Shown in pieces: positions 25,174 to 31,255 of a stretch of DNA of 31,255 nt. Numbering within the stretch: position 1 is the first letter of the stretch; each line of letters opens with the position of its first letter. The stretch is from a virus (taxonomy: Duplodnaviria; Heunggongvirae; Uroviricota; Caudoviricetes), in IMG/VR virus record IMGVR_UViG_3300006201_000009. One strand, given 5' to 3'. The notes beneath the pieces are model-generated. The model was not told the DNA's origin. It searched no databases and worked only from the letters and a program-made list of their open reading frames with translations. Both the position numbers and the translations under genes were made by a program.

Positions 25174-25656
25174 TTATTTTGAGGTGCTACCGAGACCGCC
25201 ATTTCTTGCTGTGTCCGTGGTGTCATCATCAGTTTTGAAGAAGGGAAGAATTATCCCTTGAGCTATTGCATCACCGGTGGTGATATGTAATTTTTTGCCG
25301 TCTTTAGAGTCGTTTGTAATCTTAATCCATATATGTCCTTCGTTATCGGAGTAAGCATAATCGGAGTCTATGATGCCTGCCGTATTGTTGAGCTGGAGCC
25401 TGTACTTAAACCCCAAGCTACTACGCGGCACTATCATTAGGAACCTATCTTCTGGCAATATGATGCGAATACCAGTTGGAATTTTTATTTGTTCACCTGG
25501 GGCAAGACTGAATGAAACGAGTGAGAAAAAATCATAACCAGCGCTTGCTTTCGTAGCCCTGCGCGGCAATATAATCTGCGAGTAAGAGCAAGGAATTTCA
25601 TTATCTTTGACGTCGATGTTAAATTGCTTTTTGCTTATCTTTTCAAATTTTATCAT
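25174..25656 (-). CDS. dut: trimeric dUTPase
   Basis: SAGYDF, IPTGI, PRSSLG, GIIDSDY, GHI, AIAQGI and the C-terminal RNGGLGST cover the dUTPase motifs. Confidence 0.95.
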   Translation of the reverse strand: MIKFEKISKKQFNIDVKDNEIPCSYSQIILPRRATKASAGYDFFSLVSFSLAPGEQIKIPTGIRIILPEDRFLMIVPRSSLGFKYRLQLNNTAGIIDSDYAYSDNEGHIWIKITNDSKDGKKLHITTGDAIAQGIILPFFKTDDDTTDTARNGGLGSTSK

Positions 25657-26166
25657 TTACTTATGTACTCCATTAAAAATGCCAAAGTTGAGCGTGGCAG
25701 ATATTCGTTTATTTAAGCGGATAATCCTTTGATTGGATGAACCAATATAAGGGAGATTAACGTCTTTCAATTCTTCAACAAATCGTCCGTCAACGACAGT
25801 GTCGATATATTGGAAGATTTCTTTCATCTCCTCTGGGATATCTTCAACACGATATCCAGTGTAGAGCCAAATGTTTTTATTCGGAAACTTTTTCTTAATT
25901 GTCTTGCAAAGTTTAAGAAGGGTTTCGTAGTTGCAGGGATGTAAGGGATCGCCGCCCGTGAGTGTCAACCCTTGAATATACGGCTTAGAAAGTTGTTCAA
26001 AAATCTCGTCTTCTTCTGCTTGTGTGAACTCAATTCCAGACAATGGGTCGTGGGTTTGTGGGTTGTGGCACCCTTTGCAGTTGTGCTCGCAACCCGACAC
26101 AAAAAGAACAACACGTAAGCCGTCGCCGTTCAGCATATTGTCATGCAAAATATTATGGTAATTCAT
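25657..26166 (-). CDS. nrdG: anaerobic ribonucleotide reductase activating enzyme (radical SAM)
   Basis: ATG at 26166. NGDGLRVVLFVSGCEHNCKGCHN (CxxxCxxC), GLTLTGGDPL, WLYTGY, VDGRF, GSSNQR. Adjacent to nrdD. Confidence 0.95.
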   Translation of the reverse strand: MNYHNILHDNMLNGDGLRVVLFVSGCEHNCKGCHNPQTHDPLSGIEFTQAEEDEIFEQLSKPYIQGLTLTGGDPLHPCNYETLLKLCKTIKKKFPNKNIWLYTGYRVEDIPEEMKEIFQYIDTVVDGRFVEELKDVNLPYIGSSNQRIIRLNKRISATLNFGIFNGVHK

Positions 26167-26173
26167 ATCTGCC

Positions 26174-28309
26174 TCACATTGAAATCCTATCTTTGATTTC
26201 GGCGTTCTTTGCGTCATTGTATCTCGTGCGTCCGTGTACTCTCGTGTAACCAAGATAGCCGTTCATTCGGTCAATCTTTGTGATGAGTTCGCTGCCGCAC
26301 TTCGGGCATTTATCCATATCTAACTGTTCGTAACCACAATCTTCACAGTAGGACAGCGAAAGGTTTACACCCTCGTAGAAGCCAAAGTCCATTGCGCGTC
26401 TGATGAGCGTCTTAATGGCATCTTTATTATAGGCGACAGGGTAGCGGCAGTATTGTATCTTGCCACCGTTAAATAAATCCCAGAAGCGGCGCTCATAATC
26501 TTGCTTTTCGATGGGTGTGATGTCTTCCCAAACTCCGCAATGGAAGCTGTTTGAAACATATAGCCTATCGGAAACGTTTTGAATTATTCCGTATTTCTTC
26601 CTGAATTGTTCAACTTGCAACCCAGCCAAACTCTCTGCCGGCGTTCCGTAGATCGCATATAGAATGTTGTCTTCTTTCTTAAATTCTGTGACTCTTTTGT
26701 TGATGTAGGTCATTACTTCTAAGGCAAACTCGCCGTCTTCCACAATCGATTTTTTGTTGTATAGTTGTTGAAGTTCGTTCAAGGCAGTGATACCGAAGCT
26801 CATTGTCATAGGTTTGAGCAGGGGTTTAATTTTGTCGTCAGGATTAAGTGTCCCGCCGTAGAAACCGCCTTGACAATATCCAAGCGGATTTGTAGAGGCA
26901 AGTTTTTCGCCCAGATAATCGTAAGTCTTTTTATGCAGTCCCCTTATGAGTTGAAGATAGTAGTCAAGCACCTCATAAAAATCTCTGTTTTCTTGTCTTG
27001 ATTTTTGTAGTATCATAGGGAGGTGCAGACTAATTGCGCCGAGGTTGAATCTGCCTTCAAACACGGGAACATCATTGTCGTCTGCCGGTTCCATTCCGCC
27101 GCGTTCATACCAAGGCGAGAGAGATGCACGACACCCCATGAGAGATACAACCTTGCCGTACTTTTTGTACATACTCGGTATGTAACCTTCGCCCGTAAGG
27201 GAAAGGAAGTCTGGGTACATAGATTTGCTTGAGCATTCAACCGCCGCATCAAACAGATATTCCATAGGCTTACCTTCGCCGTGTAAGTTCTTATCATACA
27301 AGAATGTGAGTTTGGGGAAGAGAACGGGTTTCTTATGACCGTCCGCGCCCTGACCACCCATTCGAGTTTTTAAGATAACTTCCGTAGCCATTTGCTCCCA
27401 GCGGCTTGTTCCAATTCCAAAGGATGTGGCAATGAAAGGGTAGTCGCCGCGACTACTGCCGACGGTGTTGAAACGATACTCCCAAGATTGGAAGCCTTGT
27501 TCAAAATCGCGGCGTACTTTACGTTCGGCATATACGTCGGCTTGCTCGTCTACTGTCTTACCCGAATTGTTCAATGCCGATGCGATAGCATAAAACTCGC
27601 GTTTGTATTTTTCATAGCTTTTTTGTGCATATGGTGCCAAGATAGTGTCAACCCTTGGGATTGTGAAACCGCCATATTGGCAAGCCGCCGCGCTGATAGT
27701 GATGTCGCTGATAACGTCAAACGCAACGTCAAGCGTCTTTGGTTCGGTGTACCACACGTTGCCCATTTCAAAGCCGCCGGCAAGAACTTTGGCTATATTA
27801 AACAGGCAACAGTTCATCGTGTCTAAACGTGCCGATCTGTCGTGGATATAAATAAACCCTTCATTCATTGCCGCACGTTCTTCTACGTTAAGGAAAAACT
27901 TCTTGTATAGTTCTCCGTTGAGTTCATTGTAGATCAGGCTTCTTTGAGTGGGGACGAGTGCGCTGTCTGTATTCGCGTTATCTCTGTCACCTATGTATCG
28001 AATTGTCTGAGATTTCTTAAATACCTTATCGAGAATGTGAACGAAATCTTGCTTGTAATTGCGGTAGTCACGATAACTTTTTGCAACCTTTGGGTTTACC
28101 TCATCGAGTGCGGTTTCAACCAGTCGGTGCATTTCAAGTATGCTAATCTCGTTTTGTTGTGGCAGCCTTGATTTTACCTTATCACAAACTTTTTTAACTT
28201 CTTCGTCGGTGAAATTAACCATTACGCGCTCGGCAGATTTGCTTATCGCGCTCACAATTTTTTCGTCATTATATTCCGATAATGTTCCGTCTTTTTTAAT
28301 AATCTGCAT
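26174..28309 (-). CDS. nrdD: class III anaerobic ribonucleoside-triphosphate reductase
   Basis: 711 aa with an N-terminal ATP-cone (IIKKDG...KIVSAI), IYIHD, NCC, MGCR, YGTPAESL, C-terminal CxxC...CxxC and the glycyl-radical loop RMNGYLG. Confidence 0.97.
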   Translation of the reverse strand: MQIIKKDGTLSEYNDEKIVSAISKSAERVMVNFTDEEVKKVCDKVKSRLPQQNEISILEMHRLVETALDEVNPKVAKSYRDYRNYKQDFVHILDKVFKKSQTIRYIGDRDNANTDSALVPTQRSLIYNELNGELYKKFFLNVEERAAMNEGFIYIHDRSARLDTMNCCLFNIAKVLAGGFEMGNVWYTEPKTLDVAFDVISDITISAAACQYGGFTIPRVDTILAPYAQKSYEKYKREFYAIASALNNSGKTVDEQADVYAERKVRRDFEQGFQSWEYRFNTVGSSRGDYPFIATSFGIGTSRWEQMATEVILKTRMGGQGADGHKKPVLFPKLTFLYDKNLHGEGKPMEYLFDAAVECSSKSMYPDFLSLTGEGYIPSMYKKYGKVVSLMGCRASLSPWYERGGMEPADDNDVPVFEGRFNLGAISLHLPMILQKSRQENRDFYEVLDYYLQLIRGLHKKTYDYLGEKLASTNPLGYCQGGFYGGTLNPDDKIKPLLKPMTMSFGITALNELQQLYNKKSIVEDGEFALEVMTYINKRVTEFKKEDNILYAIYGTPAESLAGLQVEQFRKKYGIIQNVSDRLYVSNSFHCGVWEDITPIEKQDYERRFWDLFNGGKIQYCRYPVAYNKDAIKTLIRRAMDFGFYEGVNLSLSYCEDCGYEQLDMDKCPKCGSELITKIDRMNGYLGYTRVHGRTRYNDAKNAEIKDRISM

Positions 28310-28907
28310 TTAGTTGTTCTCCGTGTTTACTTTTTAATAGTTGGTCAGAGTATTCGATAATCTTATCGAACGCATCTTCCCAATTATGTACTCTAACCAT
28401 ACCGTTGCTTTGTGCGTCGTAATCTCTATTGTGGTATGCGGTCATCAATATTTTTCTGTACGACCCGCCAATCAAATTATGAATGCCATCGTCAACCAAA
28501 ATATCTGCATTTATCAATTGTTTGTGGGCAATGTTGATTACTTGATTCCAAGAAATAAAAGGGAAATATTGATCAATAATGTGTTCCAATTTGCATCGAA
28601 TAGTTTTATAATTTGAGTTCGTGCAAATATATAGGTTAAACCCCATTTCGTTAATTTTGGATAGGTAGTAGATAGCGTCCTGCTTGGGTTCAATTGTCGT
28701 CCAAAACTCATCGATATAAAGCGGAGCATATACCTCGTCAATACTCAACTTCGGATAGAATTTTTGCATATTCCAGTCCGTAACGTCATCTGGTTTGACG
28801 TTTGTGCTGTGCTTATTATTGAGCCACTCAACCCACGCCGGTATTAGATTTTCAATGGTATCATCCATATCTACCAGCAACGTGATGTTAGAGTAATTGT
28901 TTGTCAT
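28296..28907 (-). CDS. 5'(3')-deoxyribonucleotidase, HAD/NT5C-like
   Basis: LVDMDDTI (DxDxT), YICTN, KQLINADILVDDG..N, and ILM...HN. Confidence 0.85.
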   Translation of the reverse strand: MTNNYSNITLLVDMDDTIENLIPAWVEWLNNKHSTNVKPDDVTDWNMQKFYPKLSIDEVYAPLYIDEFWTTIEPKQDAIYYLSKINEMGFNLYICTNSNYKTIRCKLEHIIDQYFPFISWNQVINIAHKQLINADILVDDGIHNLIGGSYRKILMTAYHNRDYDAQSNGMVRVHNWEDAFDKIIEYSDQLLKSKHGEQLNADY

Positions 28908-29456
28908 TTAGTTCTCCTTAACTCTTTTCTCAATGGCGTCAAGGATGTCTACAACGCCGCTGTATAAGTCTTCGATTGCTTTATCGTTGACAAGCGTAAA
29001 GTCGCTCTCAACGCCATCCAGCGCCGTCTCCGAAGGATGTCGTTGTTGTTCTTCTGTTAATGGGCTAACGAAGTCTTTTCGTATGACGCGGACGTGAAAA
29101 ACGTTGGCGTCATCAGCTTTGAGTTTTTCGAGTTCATTTGGAAACCGTGTATCTGGAATAATGATATAGTCCCATGTGTCTTTGAAGAAGCTCGTGACTT
29201 TCGCTATAAAATCAACCCAAAAATCAGGTTCAACCTTGCGAATGACGTTTGTGCCGACCTGTTGCAAAAGTGTTCTGCCCGCATCATCCTTTTCGCCGTT
29301 CCAATTAAAGAATGACTTGCATATATATTTGAGTAAGTCTGCTTGGTGGATAACCAGAACAGAATGTCCGCGTATAACGAGTTCGTTCTTAAAAATTTCC
29401 GCCGATGTATCTTTACCGTTTTGTGCTTTACCAGATATACAAATAAAATTGCGCAC
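28908..29456 (-). CDS. deoxynucleoside monophosphate kinase-like P-loop protein
   Basis: GTG start with RBS AAGGAG. ISGKAQNGKDT (Walker A), ADLLK, RTLLQQVGT, IPDTRFPNE, HPSETALD. Confidence 0.85.
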   Translation of the reverse strand: MRNFICISGKAQNGKDTSAEIFKNELVIRGHSVLVIHQADLLKYICKSFFNWNGEKDDAGRTLLQQVGTNVIRKVEPDFWVDFIAKVTSFFKDTWDYIIIPDTRFPNELEKLKADDANVFHVRVIRKDFVSPLTEEQQRHPSETALDGVESDFTLVNDKAIEDLYSGVVDILDAIEKRVKEN

Positions 29457-29468
29457 TATGTATTCTCC

Positions 29469-30182
29469 TTATTGTTGTGTTTCTTCGTCGTAGAAGATGA
29501 ATTCTTTTGCATATGGGAGCGAACGTGCCCACGATATAAAGTTCGGAAGGTCTATTTTGTCGGCTCCAGACCACTCGTTCAATTTGTGATGTCGTCTATG
29601 CCTACAAATAGTCAAGAGGTTTTCGTAATTTAACGTTACTGTTCGTGTTTGTAGCCAACTCTCTGGAAGCCAGCGGATGAGTTCCTTCCAAATTTGCTTG
29701 TTCTGAGTTTTGTTGTACACAACCCTCAACGTTTCAAGGAACGGAATGAGATCATTTTCAATAGCGTTGAAAACGTTTATCTTTTGCGCGAGAGGGTTTT
29801 GCTCTTCTGTGTCAAAGACAATGCTGTGATAATCGTCAGTTTCAAAGCAATCGATGGTGATAGGAGTGGACGCCAGTTTGTGCATTGTTGAGGTTGAGTT
29901 TGCAACAGTCCCGACTTTATATGTGTCGAATTCTTTCCACCAATAAAGGGGAGCGGTAATATCCACAGACACAAAGATTTGCCGTAAAAATTTACGGTGT
30001 TCGCTACCAGCCTTGATGAGCGTGGTGGCGAGCTTCATATCATTCGCTCCAATCATATAAATGTCGCCGTTATCGCAATCATAGTCCCGCCAACTGTCGC
30101 TCTTATTCCAGCTATTTTTGGGGTTGCGCATACCACGCAACGCGCCCTCAAAATTAAATACTTGTGTGTTCTCGAATTTCAT
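29469..30182 (-). CDS. divergent ThyX-like (flavin-dependent thymidylate synthase fold) protein
   Basis: ATG at 30182 (RBS GAGG) is preferred over 30209. HRKFLRQI.VSVDITAPLYWWKEFDTYK...STMH and LPES..Q.RT.TLNYENL...RRHHKL.EW align loosely with ThyX blocks. Lies in the dNTP cluster. Confidence 0.6.
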   Translation of the reverse strand: MKFENTQVFNFEGALRGMRNPKNSWNKSDSWRDYDCDNGDIYMIGANDMKLATTLIKAGSEHRKFLRQIFVSVDITAPLYWWKEFDTYKVGTVANSTSTMHKLASTPITIDCFETDDYHSIVFDTEEQNPLAQKINVFNAIENDLIPFLETLRVVYNKTQNKQIWKELIRWLPESWLQTRTVTLNYENLLTICRHRRHHKLNEWSGADKIDLPNFISWARSLPYAKEFIFYDEETQQ

Positions 30183-30405
30183 TATTTTCCTCTTCGTCAT
30201 TCTTATCAAGTTCGTCTATCGTAAATTGGTGGTAACCTTTAGGTTGTGGGAATGGTCTATACAGCGTGTGACCGCAGTGGCGACACTTTATCTTGTCAAC
30301 CTCGTTAGCGGGGTAGTTGGTAACTTCCACCTTGGTAGAGCCACACTCTGGACAAGCTATTGACAACTTGCCATCTCTTGTAATGCTTAGGCGAAATGAT
30401 TTCAT
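30154..30405 (-). CDS. small zinc-ribbon-like protein
   Basis: 83 aa with CPEC...CRHC and RBS AAGGAG. Overlaps both neighbours. Confidence 0.65.
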   Translation of the reverse strand: MKSFRLSITRDGKLSIACPECGSTKVEVTNYPANEVDKIKCRHCGHTLYRPFPQPKGYHQFTIDELDKNDEEENNEIREHTSI

Positions 30406-31151
30406 TATGTATCTCCTTGTTTTTTGATGCGGTGAATTGGTATATAGCCTTGTTCAAAGCGTTTTTCCAATTCAAAGATTGTGTACCTATTAAATGGTCG
30501 TGCTATCTTGCTTTGAAGCTCCTTGAGCTTATTCCAATATTCTGGTAGGTACTTCCAGTAGTTGTAAAGTTCCCATTGGTTTTTGTTTGCACAACACCAA
30601 CACGAAACTCTGTCAAGGATTGAGTAAAGGTCGATGTATCCATCACGGCATTTTTCAATCCATTTGATATTGTGTGATTGACAATATTGCAGGCAGTCGG
30701 CTTCACTCATATTCCAATCTGCGAGAGGGAAGCGCTTATAATCTTTGCGCTCCTTTTGAAGTCTCAGCGTTTCATCGGCAGCGATACCGACATAGCAAAT
30801 TGTGTCTTCTTGTTCGCAATACTTGTCAATTGCTTTCAGTTTTTCACTTGTACCCCAACGGCAACGTCCGCCGCACCAAGCATATCCGTACCTTACAACT
30901 CCGTCTTTGCGAGACTTGTGCGGTTGCTCAAACATCGTATATAAGAACGGACACTTGGGGCGAAGGGTAGTGCATTTAATTCCGCGCTCTTGCGCATATC
31001 TTGTTAACTGTTCCCAGTTGTGATAGATTGATTGAAACTCCATTCCCGTATCGTAAAAAACAATTTCATCGAGTGGGAGTTGTTGTTCTATAATTTTGTA
31101 GACCATAGCAAGACTGTCCTTGCCACAGCTACAACTTGCGATATACCTCAT
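30405..31151 (-). CDS. PAPS-reductase-family (PP-loop) protein
   Basis: IASCSCGKDSLAM (SxGKDS), FYDTG.EF, WCGGRCRWG, VGIAADE..R, RVSCWCC. RBS AAGGAG. Confidence 0.8.
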   Translation of the reverse strand: MRYIASCSCGKDSLAMVYKIIEQQLPLDEIVFYDTGMEFQSIYHNWEQLTRYAQERGIKCTTLRPKCPFLYTMFEQPHKSRKDGVVRYGYAWCGGRCRWGTSEKLKAIDKYCEQEDTICYVGIAADETLRLQKERKDYKRFPLADWNMSEADCLQYCQSHNIKWIEKCRDGYIDLYSILDRVSCWCCANKNQWELYNYWKYLPEYWNKLKELQSKIARPFNRYTIFELEKRFEQGYIPIHRIKKQGDT

Positions 31152-31255
31152 AAAATCTCCTTAATAAATTTTTCTCAAATCTATTAAGGATGCTCCGATG
31201 GCTTCCCGTGCCGCAGTAGACTTTACGACGCTATTTGAATCAGCGCTTTACGGCT

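Noticed and set aside
26174-28309. Intein or group I intron in nrdD, a common insertion site in phages
   Set aside because: The ORF is continuous, of normal length (711 aa), and has no splicing or homing-endonuclease motifs.
1-31255. Additional VR copies (multi-target DGR) or a CRISPR array
   Set aside because: The TR core TGGTGGCTTCGCTCTCCG was seen only at the VR and TR, and I found no regularly spaced repeat-spacer array. Remote targets outside the window cannot be excluded.
1-31255. Stop-codon reassignment as seen in some gut phages
   Set aside because: Genes are full length in the standard code, and TAA, TGA and TAG all serve as stops.

Overview
Segment of a large, long-tailed (siphovirus-like) phage or prophage of an anaerobic Firmicute, inferred from gene content and strong AGGAGG ribosome-binding sites. 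No integrase or att site lies in the window. The + strand (1-24138) is a late operon: neck and tail-completion genes, major tail protein, tape measure protein (1453 aa), distal tail protein, a 1434-aa tail tip/central fibre with a C-terminal S74-type chaperone, and a BppU-led side-fibre cluster. The cluster ends in a complete diversity-generating retroelement (DGR): target gene 19882-20919, VR 20789-20914, post-VR hairpin, an unknown ORF, avd, TR 21808-21933 and a YMDD reverse transcriptase. TR and VR differ at 16 of 126 positions, all at TR adenines. An LL-H-type holin and a membrane HExxH protein follow, with no recognisable endolysin. The - strand carries an independently promoted lipoprotein inside the tail module, a stand-alone N6-methyltransferase-like gene lacking motif IV, and a nucleotide-metabolism cluster (dut, nrdG, nrdD, 5'-nucleotidase, dNMP kinase, divergent ThyX-like protein, Zn-finger protein, PAPS-reductase-like protein). 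A manual scan found no GGCC site. All family assignments come from motif recognition by eye, not database searches.
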